NCBI GenBank assembly: GCA_050916045.1
Contig: CP051526.1
Location: forward strand, 640,001 to 704,000
Reading direction: 5' to 3'
DNA from: Tepidisphaera sp.
GTDB taxonomy: Bacteria > Planctomycetota > Phycisphaerae > Phycisphaerales > UBA1924
Length of the DNA stretch: 64,000 bases
This document shows positions 29,666 through 40,093 of this stretch, one piece after another (within the stretch, counting starts at the first letter, position 1; each line of letters starts with the position of its first letter). The notes beneath the pieces were generated by a model. That model did not search any database. It was not told where the DNA came from and saw only the letters and a program-made list of their open reading frames with translations. The position numbers and the translations under genes are program-made.

Positions 29666-30861
29666 ACAGCGCGAAAGCCGACAGATCGATGCAGCGTCCG
29701 GGCGCGGCCAGGGCGTTCACGCTTACCGAGCTTCTGGTGGTGATCACCCTGCTCGTGATCGTGATCGCGGTGGGGCTCCCGGCGTTTGGCGCGATGCTCG
29801 CGAGCTCGAACCGCACGCTCGCGATCGGGCAGTTCAAAGCCGCGATGTCGGCGGCTCGCGATGCCGCGATCCGCAGCACGGATTCGGACTCCGCCGCGGT
29901 CTTCTTCTTCGAGCCCGGCGGCCGGATGACGATCGTGCCGTGCGTGCAGGTCGGCACGGTGCAGGACCGCGACCATCTGAATTGGAACCAGTATCCGAAC
30001 TTCACCGTCAAGCGCGACGTGTTCGCGCCGGCGGGTTCGAGCGAGCCGATCCAGCTCCCGCCGGGCTGGATGGTCCGGGCGTTCGCGGGTTCCGCGATGC
30101 TCGACGACGGGAACGCCAACGCGACCGGCTGGTACGGCGAAGTGCCGGGAAGCCGCGAGTACAACGCGGACAACGGGTCGTGGGTGTTCCCGGAGACGGG
30201 ATTCTTCAACCAGGACGCGGACCGGGACACGGGCGCGAACAACCGCACGCTCAGGCAGACGTTCATGGTGCGATTCGAGAAGGGAACGGGGAACCTGGTG
30301 GTGAATCAGGCGTTCCCGTCGGTGGTGTTGGCGCCGCGGAGCTCGGAGCAGGGCGCGGTGACCCGCGTGGTGGGCACTCCGCTCGAGACGGATTGGCGCC
30401 GCGTGGACCGGACGGACAACGTGGCGCAGTGGGCCCGGCGTCTGCTCGCAAGAAGGGTGAATCCGGTAGCTCCACCAGCACCACCTGGTCAAGTCTCTTC
30501 GACAGATCTGGCGGCGCTCATCGGTGATGAATCCGGCGACACGGTGCTCGCGTCGAGCGTGGATCTGGTGTCGCTGTACGAAGAGAAGACGCTCGCGGCT
30601 TCGATCGGGGCCCGCGGCCTGAACCGGTACAGCGCGTCGATCTACGCGTGGGGCGAGCCGGGGAACGCGAACGCTCCGGTGCCGAACGAACCTCGGATCG
30701 ACACGGCGCTCTTCACGGGCCAGTCGCCGCAGGTTGTGCAGCAGCGCGTGGATGACTGGATTGTGGGCACGCTCCGCCTTGACGGCCGCCAGGTGGAAAG
30801 CGATGCGTTGATCTACGGGTTTGATCGGTACACGGGTCAGCCCCGGGAGGTAAAGCCGTGA
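29662..30861 (+). CDS. Prepilin-type protein (FimT/GspH-like position)
   Basis: A|FTLTELLVVI...AARDAAI; overlaps upstream stop. Confidence 0.85.
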   Translation: MNSAKADRSMQRPGAARAFTLTELLVVITLLVIVIAVGLPAFGAMLASSNRTLAIGQFKAAMSAARDAAIRSTDSDSAAVFFFEPGGRMTIVPCVQVGTVQDRDHLNWNQYPNFTVKRDVFAPAGSSEPIQLPPGWMVRAFAGSAMLDDGNANATGWYGEVPGSREYNADNGSWVFPETGFFNQDADRDTGANNRTLRQTFMVRFEKGTGNLVVNQAFPSVVLAPRSSEQGAVTRVVGTPLETDWRRVDRTDNVAQWARRLLARRVNPVAPPAPPGQVSSTDLAALIGDESGDTVLASSVDLVSLYEEKTLAASIGARGLNRYSASIYAWGEPGNANAPVPNEPRIDTALFTGQSPQVVQQRVDDWIVGTLRLDGRQVESDALIYGFDRYTGQPREVKP

Positions 30862-31907
30862 ACATGGCGAAGATCAACGTGAGGGGACTGGGCAAAGCCC
30901 GCGGCTTTACGCTGCTTGAGGTCTTGATCGGCGTGCTGGTGCTTTCGCTGGCGCTGCTGGGTCTTGCGGCGATGTTCCCGGTGGTGGTGCGGACGCAGCG
31001 GATCGCCCGCGACACGGTGGTGGGCACGGGCGTTCTGGAAGCGGCGGAAGCGACGATCCGCGGGAACGAGAATTTCTCAAGCCCGCTGAACAACCGTGGG
31101 CTGCGGTACTACGCGGACCAGCTTGTGCAGGAGCAGGACGCGATCGAGACCAAGTGGCAGGTTTCGCTCTCGCCGAGCGTGGCGACGCGCAGGCTTTATG
31201 AGGACGACGGGCGGATCCGTCTTGAGCCCTCCGCGCGGAATCGGTATTTGCGTCCGGCGGACCGGCTGAATCTGATGCCGGGCGTGGGCGCGGGGACGGA
31301 TCCGACGCTGGTGTGGGACATGGTGGTGTGCTTGGCTTCGGAGACGGACGTGGCGCGTCAGCCGATGGGGCAGTTCATGGCTCCGGACGCGAACGTGACT
31401 TCGATGCCGCGGCCGCTTCGTGTCGCGCTGTTCGTTCGCCGTCTTGATCCGCAGATCCGTGTGCGCACGGGTCAGACGATGCTGGACGGGATCGTTGCGG
31501 GGAACATCGTTCCCATCGGCGCGTCCCAGGCGTCCTTCGGCGATCCGACGCTTGACGGCACGGGGTTCTACTCGCAGCCGATGTACACGAACGTCACGGC
31601 GGCGCGCAAGAGCAAGACCAACGGGCCCTTCGACATTCTCGAGTTCGCCTTCGCGGACAACGGGCGTCTTCCCGAAGCCCGAGCGATGGCCAAGCCCGGG
31701 CAGATCCTGATCGACAACCAGGGCGGGATTCACACGGTGGCGAGAAACGTGCGCGACAACGCGGGCAACCCGGTTTACAACCAGGTGCTGCTCGAGAAGC
31801 CGATGCTCGAGTCCTTCGCCGCCCGGTGCAACTCCGGCAGCGAGATTCAGGTGACCTTCACCGAGCAGGTGCCGGTGGCGGCGCGGGTGATCACGATCAA
31901 GCCTTGA
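30858..31907 (+). CDS. Prepilin-type protein (PilV/GspI-like position)
   Basis: G|FTLLEVLIGVLVLSLALLG. Confidence 0.85.
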   Translation: MNMAKINVRGLGKARGFTLLEVLIGVLVLSLALLGLAAMFPVVVRTQRIARDTVVGTGVLEAAEATIRGNENFSSPLNNRGLRYYADQLVQEQDAIETKWQVSLSPSVATRRLYEDDGRIRLEPSARNRYLRPADRLNLMPGVGAGTDPTLVWDMVVCLASETDVARQPMGQFMAPDANVTSMPRPLRVALFVRRLDPQIRVRTGQTMLDGIVAGNIVPIGASQASFGDPTLDGTGFYSQPMYTNVTAARKSKTNGPFDILEFAFADNGRLPEARAMAKPGQILIDNQGGIHTVARNVRDNAGNPVYNQVLLEKPMLESFAARCNSGSEIQVTFTEQVPVAARVITIKP

Positions 31908-31975
31908 TCGCGGGCGGGACGGGACCGGATGGAACGGGCCGGGTGGAACGGGGCGGGTTGGGTGTGGGGACGGAC

Positions 31976-33814
31976 ATGAAGAGGTGCTCGATGAACGGAT
32001 GGACACGGACAATTGGCGGTTTGCGGGCTTCGGCCGGTCGGGCTGACTCCGCCGGTTCGCGCCGCGGTTTCACGCTGGTGGAGGTCCTGATCTCCGTCGG
32101 CGCGGTCGCGATCGTGTCGGTCGGGCTCGCCGCGATCTTCCAGACCATCGGCGCGACCGTGACGCAGGGTCAGAAGGTCAGCGCCCTCACGCAAGCCGCG
32201 GCCGTGCTCGAACAGCAGATGCGCCGGGACTTCAGCGGCATGACCCGCGAAGGATTCCTCGTCATCCGCAACCAGTTCGCCGGCCCCCGCAACGGCGGCG
32301 GCAACTGGGAAGTCGCCCTCAACAAGGACGACGTCAACGCCCGTGAGCGGCGCATCGACGAGATGGTCTTCTTCGCCAAGGGCGAGTTTGAGACCGCCCG
32401 CGCTCCGATCAACCCCTCGCTGGTCGCCCGAAGCGACACCGGCATGGTCTACTACGGCCACGTCCTCTTCCCACTCCGCAACAATCCTGCGAACGGTCAA
32501 CCCATTCAGTCAAATCTCCGTCCGAGCGTGTCCGCCATCAACAATCCGGACCCGGGTTCGAACGACGTGGTGCCGGGCCGGCCCGACCTTTCCGGGTACG
32601 GCGGCGGCGGTAGCTTCGGCGAAGCGCTCCCCGGCGGCGGCGTGCTTCCGAACACATTCGCCGAGAACTGGACGCTCGGCCGCAAGGTGACGCTCTTGGC
32701 GACGCCGAAGTCGGCCCGTGAGGATCTTCCGGCCCGCGGCTGGCCCCGGGCTCTGCGTCTGGCGGCCAACGGCGGAGCTCCCAACTCGCGACTGAGCGAG
32801 AACGAGGTGCAGATCGCGAGCCAGCCGGCGGCTTCGCACATCTTCCGAAGCCTTGGTCGTCTGGTCTCGGTGGTGGCTCCCGGTGCGACCGCGCGTCGAG
32901 ATCAGCTCGCCCGTCCCGTCACCGGCCCCGGCGGCGATCCGGGCTCGACCTTCCCGCAGCTTTCCTCCGGTCTGGTGGACATCGCGACGACGGATCTCAA
33001 CGAGATTCGGACGATCGTGCAGACGTTCGATCTCGATCCCCGCGATCCCAACCTGCTCGCCCGGTACGAGAGCCTCAGATATGACGACCCCGCGGCCGAC
33101 CCGGACGCGACTTGGAACGCCAAGTTTCGCGCGACGGACATCGACGATCTCCGTCGGATGCACGCTTGGATGCAGGATGCGTTCCCGACGCAGTCGGACC
33201 GGTACGGCCCGACCAGCCAGACCGATCCGCTGGCCGCGCGCATGCGTGCCGAGTCGGCTCCGCCCGACTATCTCAACGTACTCACCGACCTGTCCGGCCG
33301 TCAGGGCGAGGACGCGGTGGCGCTCCTGACCCGGCGTGCAGACCAGTCCATGCTGACGCAGGGCGCGGTGCTCCCGCGATGCACGGAGTTCATCGTCGAG
33401 TGGACTTTCGGGCTTGTGAACCCGAACACCGGCGAGCTCCTCTGGTACGGGTCCAACACCGGGGCCTCGCAGATCACGCAGTACGACGAAAGCCCGCGGT
33501 ACTCGCCCTTCGCCGGCCGCACCGGCCTCAGCGGCGGAGCGACCGCCCACTACGCGCGCCGTGAGCTCATCTACGGGTCGCCCATCCCTCCGCGGACGGC
33601 GACGCAGACGGCTCACTTCGGGTTCTTTGATCCGTATTACAACCCGGCGGTCAACAACGGCAACCTCAGCGATCCGTACGACCCGGTGGTCGTGCCGTGG
33701 GCTTGGCCCAAGCTGGTGCGGATCACGGTCGCTCTCACCGACGAGCGCGAGCCGCTGAAGGAAGAACGGTTCCAGTGGGTCTTCGAACTGCCCGGAACGC
33801 CTGATCCTCAGTGA
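31976..33814 (+). CDS. Large prepilin-type protein (PilW/GspJ-like position)
   Basis: G|FTLVEVLISV, QMRRDF, C-terminal WPKLVRITVAL. Confidence 0.8.
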   Translation: MKRCSMNGWTRTIGGLRASAGRADSAGSRRGFTLVEVLISVGAVAIVSVGLAAIFQTIGATVTQGQKVSALTQAAAVLEQQMRRDFSGMTREGFLVIRNQFAGPRNGGGNWEVALNKDDVNARERRIDEMVFFAKGEFETARAPINPSLVARSDTGMVYYGHVLFPLRNNPANGQPIQSNLRPSVSAINNPDPGSNDVVPGRPDLSGYGGGGSFGEALPGGGVLPNTFAENWTLGRKVTLLATPKSAREDLPARGWPRALRLAANGGAPNSRLSENEVQIASQPAASHIFRSLGRLVSVVAPGATARRDQLARPVTGPGGDPGSTFPQLSSGLVDIATTDLNEIRTIVQTFDLDPRDPNLLARYESLRYDDPAADPDATWNAKFRATDIDDLRRMHAWMQDAFPTQSDRYGPTSQTDPLAARMRAESAPPDYLNVLTDLSGRQGEDAVALLTRRADQSMLTQGAVLPRCTEFIVEWTFGLVNPNTGELLWYGSNTGASQITQYDESPRYSPFAGRTGLSGGATAHYARRELIYGSPIPPRTATQTAHFGFFDPYYNPAVNNGNLSDPYDPVVVPWAWPKLVRITVALTDEREPLKEERFQWVFELPGTPDPQ

Positions 33815-33897
33815 TCACGCGGAAGCCGGACGGCGGGCGGGGGACGGGTGTGGTGTGTGACGGGGCTGGGAATGGGTGTGTGGCAGGAGTTCAAGCA

Positions 33898-36800
33898 ATG
33901 AGCACGAATCAAGACAAGAGCGGGTTGGTCAAGCGGCTTGGTCGCGCGATGGGTGGGCCGGCGGCGGTCCTCCGCGCGGTCGCCGGCGTTCCCGCCGGGG
34001 TCGCCAAGACGCGGCGCGGCACGTTCATGGTCGTCGTGATCGGAACGCTGGCCCTCCTCGCCGTCATCGCGATCGCCCACTTCGCCGTCAGCCAGACCGA
34101 CCGCCGGACCGGCGCTTCTGTCAAGCGGGCCGCCGCTATCGACGAGGTCCCCGACCAGGTCGCCAAGTACATCCAGAACGTCATCGTTCAGGACTCCTTC
34201 GTCAACGTCCCCGAGGAGGTCAGCGACTTCCTCACCGCCGCGCAATCCGCCCGGTTCATCGCCCGCCGCGAAGCGGTCGACCGCCCGTCGACCGACTGGC
34301 GCGTCGATTCCCGCGACGCACGGCTCTTCGTCACCGCCGCCGGCGTGCAGAAGCCCAACCGCCAGTTCTTCACGCCCGAGGGCATGGGCACCGACCCCTG
34401 GCTCGCCGACATCGCGCCGCAGTGGCTCAACTGGGCCGGCGACAGCCCCACGGCCGCGAACCCCGAGTTCCTCTACCGCCGCGACTGGGGCAAGATCTCC
34501 AACTTCGCCCCCGACGGCCGGTTCGTGAGCCTCGCCAACATCCGCAACAACTTCGCCGCCGAGTCCGGCTTCGGGTTTGACGGAAGCGGCAAGCCGCGGA
34601 CCAGCGAGGGTCTGACGCTCCTGACCTGGAGTACCGACCCCAACCAGATTTCCCAGCGAGCCACGGTGACCAACACCACCGACTTCAACCTCGCGCTGCC
34701 CAACAACAGCCCCGCGCGGTTCCGCTCGGCGGTCTGGGATTCACGACAGCGCGGCGCGTACCGCGCGGTCAAGGAGTGGTCGAATCTTCTCCCCAGCCAG
34801 TACGGCTACGCGGACAACGAGTGGGTCGACACCGACGGCGACGGGATCTACGACGCTCGCTGGGCCGAGCTCGTGGACGCTCGCGACCTCGTGGACGTCA
34901 CCGGCTCAAGCGCGATGAAGCAGCTCCTGACCACCGACGGCAAGGTCCGCTGGTTCTTCGCCGCTCGCGCCATCGACCTCTCCGGCCTCATCAACGTCAA
35001 CACCGCCACCGACCTGCGCTACGAGCCCGGCATGGCCTACCCCATCGGCGTCACGCCGGCGGATATCGACCTCAAGCGTCTGCTCACGATGTCCGACACG
35101 TTCGAGCGCTGGGGCGTCGGCTACGACTCGATCCTGCAGCCGGCGGGCCCGGCGAACTCACCGCGGGCGAGCAACTACCGCGATTACGACCAGAGCACCG
35201 CGTTCGACATGGGCGTCGGCGCCTACGACTCCATCCGCTGGTCCATCAAGAACGTCCTCGTGCAGGACCGGTACCGCAACGAGCCGTGGGACTGGCAAGC
35301 AGGCGGACAGTTTGGCAGCAAGGAAGGCGCTCTGCGCCACACGTTCTGGCGGCAGGGGGCGCGTTCCTCCGTCGGCGCCTCGATCGATTCCAACCGCGAT
35401 GTCACGCTCCCCGCGTACTTCCCGACGTCCGACATGGGCGACCTGCTCGGCCGCTTCGGCGTGAACAACCCGGACGAGACCTCCCGTCTTGAGTCCGCGA
35501 CCGACGGCCGCATCTCGGCTTCGGGCGGCATTCCTCCGCGCCGTCAGGTCGGATTCGGCCCGCTCCGCAGCAATCGCGACGAGTCGGTCGAACTCAACCG
35601 CACCGGCCGCGCCAACGGCGGCGGCATCGTCGTCGATCAGGGTTCTACGACGCCGGAAGCGATGCTCCAGACCGCCGTCGACCTGCGTTCGCAGCTCACG
35701 ACCGTGAGCGCAAGCCGCGAGATCCCGAGCATCGTCGGGATCGAGCAGACAAGCTATCCGTACTCCAGGTGGGCCACCCAGATCCTCGCGGATCAGGATT
35801 CCAAGGTCGCGCTCGGCACGCTCGCCGCCACGGGCGGCAACCTCACCAGCGCCGACGCGCAGAAGGTGTTCCACGCGTACGTCCGCGGTCTGGCCCCGGC
35901 GATCAAGCTGCCCGAGGTCTGGCCGGCCGGTGGCGTGCTCCCCGGCGGTGGCGGCAATCCGTTCCAAGCCCGAAAGACGCTCTTCTACGGCCACCAGGGC
36001 CCCGAGCTTGCAATGCTCGTCGCGGGCTCGATGGCGGTGAACGCGGAAGTGATGTTCAGCCAGGACGGCAGGCTTCCCAACCCGCGGACGCTGGTGTTCA
36101 ACACCGAGCTGGCGCGGACGACGCTCGCAACGCCGGCGCAGTCTCCCAAGTCCGGCGGCGTTCCGCTGGTGCCGTGGCTCTTCTCCGATCCGTCCTACTG
36201 CCTCGACCGCGACCCGGACAACAACGACCGGATCCTCGCGGCGCAGGCTTCGACGATCCAGTCCCCGGTGCTCCACCTGTACGGATTTGAGCCGCAGGTC
36301 TTCGTCAGCGAAGTCGGCTGCTACACCGCGTGGCGTGACACGCCGGATGACGATGACGTGTTCGTCTCGCTGCCGGGTCAGCCTCCGACGGGCTGGATCA
36401 CGATCAACGGCGACATGACCGCGGCGAACAAGGACTTCCTCTTCCGCTGCGTGGCCGTCCAGCTCCACAACCCCTTCGACGAGGACGTGGTGGTCTCGAC
36501 CGGGTTCCCAAGCGCGGGCGCCCCCCTGAACACCGCGGAGCGATTCCAGTACGTCAGGATCCGCGACTTCGATCAGACCAGCCCGGTCTGGTCGACGATC
36601 GGCCTCTTCTCCACGACCTTCTCAAGCCCGAACAGCATCGTGCTCAACGGTCTCACCGTTCGCGCCGGCGAGACGGTCGTCTGCTACGCCTTCGACCACA
36701 GCCCTCTTGAGATCGCCGCGACGCTCGAAGGACGCGGCGTCGTTCCCGCCGGCACGGGCGGTCAGTACCTGCGAGCCTGGGCCGAGAAGCAGTTCAGCTC

Positions 36801-38928
36801 TTCGGGCGACAATCGCGACGTCTCCAACCGCGCGGTCATGGTGATGCGCGTCAACAACGACGTCTCCGACATCATCGCGAATCGGGCCGATGCCGACCCG
36901 CAGATGATCGAGGATCCCAGCGGCGCCAACGGCATGACCGTCCAGCTCTGGAAGACCCGCCGCGCCGACATGACTCAGTACGGCGGCCCCAACGAGATCG
37001 GTGCCAACAACGCCGCGACCGCCAACCGGATCGAGAACGATCAGATGACGGACCGGTTCCGTCTCCGCAAGAACGCCCAGCAGACCATCGACCTCCGCAT
37101 CAAGCCGGGCGATCAGGATGTCGAAGGGTGCTACGGCGGCCGCAACCAGGGCCCTTTCAACGACCTCAATCACAACGGCGGCGTCACCATCATGCGATGG
37201 GCGACGGCTTCCCGCCCCAGCGATCCGATGGACGGCCTCGGCGGCCAGCTCCCCGTCGGCGGCCTGCCGGCGTACGTCATCGAGCCCAAGAGCTGGACCG
37301 GCGACTGGAACAAGGTCATCGACGACGACGTTGCGCCCGTCGGCGAACGCATCTCGCTCACCAAAGCGCTCATCGACGATCTTCGCACCTCCGCCAACAA
37401 CGGCATGGCCGACTTCGTCACCAGCGACTGGATCGCCAACTCGCGCGACGTCGCCTTCTCCGACACGATGCCCAAGTCGCCCAGTAACAAGCGAACGGAC
37501 ATCCCGGACATCCAGGCCAACCGCGACTCGGTCCCGTACGCCCAGCTCCGCGACCTGATGCCCCGGGCCCACCGCGGCGACAAGGGATTTGGCGGCGTCA
37601 ACAACCCGGTCTTCGGCACGGAAGTGCCCGGGACGCCGTCGCGAGCCTCGACGCTCCGCGTCTCGGACCTGCTTCTGCCGATGGCGATCACCCCGTGGGA
37701 ATCGCCGCTCCGCCGCAACCTGACCGAGCAGACGGACCAGAACATCCGCTACCTCACCGCCTCCGAAGCCTTCGCGATCGCGTACGGCTTTGAACAGCGG
37801 CCGACCCCCGCCGTCCCTGTGGACAAAGCGGATCCGGCTTCGCTCTACCTCCCCGCTCCGGCCCGGGCGAATCCCGACGGCTTCGGCGACACGAACGATC
37901 GCCCGGTCATCGACCGCGGCCACGTCGTGCTCGACGACTTCGCGCCCTTCTACGACGGCAATCGCGACGGCGTTTTCGAGCGCTCGCAAGCCTACAACGG
38001 CCTGAATCCCAACGCCGCCGTCACGCGCGACATCCGGTTCGGCCTGGGTATCCCGACGGCCCTTGGCATCATGGAGCAGTTCTCGGCGTTCGAGAACGAT
38101 CAGGCTTCGGCCATCCGGCCGGTGAACGGTCTGATCAACATCAACACCGCCCCGCCCAGCGTGCTGCGGATGCTCCCGCTGGTGACGCCGGCGGACTCGA
38201 CCTGGGGCCCGAATCTGATCTGGAACAACTCCTGGACGCAGACGAGCATCGAGACCGATCTGGCCGCGAGCATCGTCGCGTATCGCGACAAGAACCTGAC
38301 CTGGACCGAGCGCACGACGACCCCGGCCAAGTTCATCGGCGACCGCGCGGCCAACCGCCTGCCGATCAACAACGCCGCCGGCGCGGCCGCCATCAGCACC
38401 GAGCGCCAGCTCGGCCGCGCCCAAGCAAGTCAGATCGACGGCATCCGCGAGGAACCCGGGTTCCTCTCCACCGCCGAGCTCATGTGCGTCATCGAACGCG
38501 ATGCCAACGACCGCGGCGGCACCGCGACCAACCGTGACGAGAAGCGGAACCTGGACTTCCTCGGGTACAACAACCAGACCCGCTCCTCCGGCGGCGACAA
38601 CAACGACCGCAAGGGCGTCAACTCGCTCCACTTCAAGGACCCGAGGAGCGGAAACCTCGACGTCGACGGCATCCGCAACGACTTCGCAGAGCGCCTCCAG
38701 ATCATGTCCGCCCTCTCGAACGTCACCACCGTCCGAAGCGACGTCTTCGCCGTCTGGTTCGTCGTCCGCGGGTACGCACAGGAAGACACCGAGAACCTCG
38801 GCCCGGATGACCCGATGACCCCGAGCATCGAACGCCGGTTCGTCATGGTCATCGACCGCTCCGGCGTGACCGACCTCCGCTCGACCAACAAGCCCCGCGT
38901 CGTGCTCTTCAAGGAACTGCCGCGGTAA
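33898..38928 (+). CDS. Giant GspK/PilX-like minor pilin (~1676 aa)
   Basis: RRG|TFMVVVIGTLALL (no Glu5, typical of GspK/PilX); IDLSGLINVNTA and GLININTAP motifs; TTVRSDVFAVW; AGGAG SD. Confidence 0.7.
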   Translation: MSTNQDKSGLVKRLGRAMGGPAAVLRAVAGVPAGVAKTRRGTFMVVVIGTLALLAVIAIAHFAVSQTDRRTGASVKRAAAIDEVPDQVAKYIQNVIVQDSFVNVPEEVSDFLTAAQSARFIARREAVDRPSTDWRVDSRDARLFVTAAGVQKPNRQFFTPEGMGTDPWLADIAPQWLNWAGDSPTAANPEFLYRRDWGKISNFAPDGRFVSLANIRNNFAAESGFGFDGSGKPRTSEGLTLLTWSTDPNQISQRATVTNTTDFNLALPNNSPARFRSAVWDSRQRGAYRAVKEWSNLLPSQYGYADNEWVDTDGDGIYDARWAELVDARDLVDVTGSSAMKQLLTTDGKVRWFFAARAIDLSGLINVNTATDLRYEPGMAYPIGVTPADIDLKRLLTMSDTFERWGVGYDSILQPAGPANSPRASNYRDYDQSTAFDMGVGAYDSIRWSIKNVLVQDRYRNEPWDWQAGGQFGSKEGALRHTFWRQGARSSVGASIDSNRDVTLPAYFPTSDMGDLLGRFGVNNPDETSRLESATDGRISASGGIPPRRQVGFGPLRSNRDESVELNRTGRANGGGIVVDQGSTTPEAMLQTAVDLRSQLTTVSASREIPSIVGIEQTSYPYSRWATQILADQDSKVALGTLAATGGNLTSADAQKVFHAYVRGLAPAIKLPEVWPAGGVLPGGGGNPFQARKTLFYGHQGPELAMLVAGSMAVNAEVMFSQDGRLPNPRTLVFNTELARTTLATPAQSPKSGGVPLVPWLFSDPSYCLDRDPDNNDRILAAQASTIQSPVLHLYGFEPQVFVSEVGCYTAWRDTPDDDDVFVSLPGQPPTGWITINGDMTAANKDFLFRCVAVQLHNPFDEDVVVSTGFPSAGAPLNTAERFQYVRIRDFDQTSPVWSTIGLFSTTFSSPNSIVLNGLTVRAGETVVCYAFDHSPLEIAATLEGRGVVPAGTGGQYLRAWAEKQFSSSGDNRDVSNRAVMVMRVNNDVSDIIANRADADPQMIEDPSGANGMTVQLWKTRRADMTQYGGPNEIGANNAATANRIENDQMTDRFRLRKNAQQTIDLRIKPGDQDVEGCYGGRNQGPFNDLNHNGGVTIMRWATASRPSDPMDGLGGQLPVGGLPAYVIEPKSWTGDWNKVIDDDVAPVGERISLTKALIDDLRTSANNGMADFVTSDWIANSRDVAFSDTMPKSPSNKRTDIPDIQANRDSVPYAQLRDLMPRAHRGDKGFGGVNNPVFGTEVPGTPSRASTLRVSDLLLPMAITPWESPLRRNLTEQTDQNIRYLTASEAFAIAYGFEQRPTPAVPVDKADPASLYLPAPARANPDGFGDTNDRPVIDRGHVVLDDFAPFYDGNRDGVFERSQAYNGLNPNAAVTRDIRFGLGIPTALGIMEQFSAFENDQASAIRPVNGLININTAPPSVLRMLPLVTPADSTWGPNLIWNNSWTQTSIETDLAASIVAYRDKNLTWTERTTTPAKFIGDRAANRLPINNAAGAAAISTERQLGRAQASQIDGIREEPGFLSTAELMCVIERDANDRGGTATNRDEKRNLDFLGYNNQTRSSGGDNNDRKGVNSLHFKDPRSGNLDVDGIRNDFAERLQIMSALSNVTTVRSDVFAVWFVVRGYAQEDTENLGPDDPMTPSIERRFVMVIDRSGVTDLRSTNKPRVVLFKELPR

Positions 38929-38963
38929 GCTCGGAACGACGGGACACACTCAGGATCAAAGAT

Positions 38964-39003
38964 CGAGCGGGGCGGCCACAGGTCGCCCCGCTCGTTTGTT
39001 TTT
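38964..39003 (+). terminator. Rho-independent terminator of the pil cluster
   Basis: CGAGCGGGGCGGCC-ACA-GGTCGCCCCGCTCG followed by TTTGTTTTT. Confidence 0.85.
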
Positions 39004-39050
39004 CCCCCCGCCGGCATGGCCCACCCCCGCGACCCCTATGATCCTCGGTC

Positions 39051-39124
39051 CAGGGTGTAGCTCAGCTTGGTAGAGCGTCTGGTTTGGGTCCAGAAGGCCG
39101 CAGGTTCAAATCCTGTCACCCTGA
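39051..39124 (+). tRNA. tRNA-Pro(TGG); CCA not encoded
   Basis: Acceptor CAGGGTG/CACCCTG, anticodon arm TCTGG-TT TGG GT-CCAGA, T loop TTCAAAT; TATGAT -10 box 8 nt upstream. Confidence 0.95.
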
Positions 39125-39210
39125 TTTGAGAGTGCTGTGGGCTTCGATGCACGTCATGATTGTCTCGATCGTGAGCCCGGATGGTGGCAACGACGCAACC
39201 GCTTTCTTCG

Positions 39211-40017
39211 CTACGCAGAGCCCACAGACCCGCACACGGGTGCTGCACCTCGGATCTGCTCGAAGTGGTACACAACGTCTCGGCCGCGCGTCACCAAGAC
39301 ACCGAACATCGGCGAGTCATCGCTCAGTTCCAATTCGGCATGGTCCCGCAGATTCAACTTGATCGGCACGCTGACGCTGGCGCCGCCGACAACACTCACG
39401 CCAGCCCAGGACCCCGCCATCGGCCGGTGCGCGTGACCGAAGCACACAAGCCGGACGTTTTGAGCCTGTGCGACCAAAGCTCGCAACCGGTGAGCGTCGA
39501 CAAGTTTGGCCTGATCAATCGCTGTCATTCCCAGATCAATGGGAGGATGGTGCATCATGAGGATCAGCGCATCGCGGTGCGCGTGGGCTTTCAGTCGTTC
39601 GGCGAGCCAGTTGAATCGGCTCGTGCAAATCTCTCCATGGCCAAAGCCAGGTGCAAGCGTGTCAACGCATATCAGGGCCGCAGCACCAGACTCCAGCACA
39701 ATATCGTGCTGAATAAATCCCGCATCGTCGACCCGCACGTCGGGGAAGACGGTGCGAAACGCATCGCGATTGTCGTGATTGCCCATCGTCAAACAAAGTG
39801 GCATGCGAAGCGGCGTGATCGCGTCGCGAAATGCCAGGTACTCAGCAGTCGAACCATTCTCCACGAGATCGCCCGTGAATACACAGAGATCCGCATCCGC
39901 ATGGACCGACGCGACATGGGACACTGCTTGGCGGAGTCGTGCGAGCGTGTCAACGCCCCCGAGCCGATTGTCGCCGGCTTGGACATGCGAATCGGTGAAA
40001 TGAATGATCTTTGCCAT
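39211..40017 (-). CDS. Metallophosphoesterase (CpdA/GpdQ-like phosphodiesterase)
   Basis: IHFTDSH, FTGDL, MGNHD, MHHPP, FGHAH; GGGAGG SD. Confidence 0.9.
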   Translation of the reverse strand: MAKIIHFTDSHVQAGDNRLGGVDTLARLRQAVSHVASVHADADLCVFTGDLVENGSTAEYLAFRDAITPLRMPLCLTMGNHDNRDAFRTVFPDVRVDDAGFIQHDIVLESGAAALICVDTLAPGFGHGEICTSRFNWLAERLKAHAHRDALILMMHHPPIDLGMTAIDQAKLVDAHRLRALVAQAQNVRLVCFGHAHRPMAGSWAGVSVVGGASVSVPIKLNLRDHAELELSDDSPMFGVLVTRGRDVVYHFEQIRGAAPVCGSVGSA

Positions 40018-40093
40018 GCTGGTCTGCCTCCCAAAGTCGACTCCCGATCCGCACAAGTCCTCTCCACCGTGACGGCGGCTTGCTCGCTTCGCC

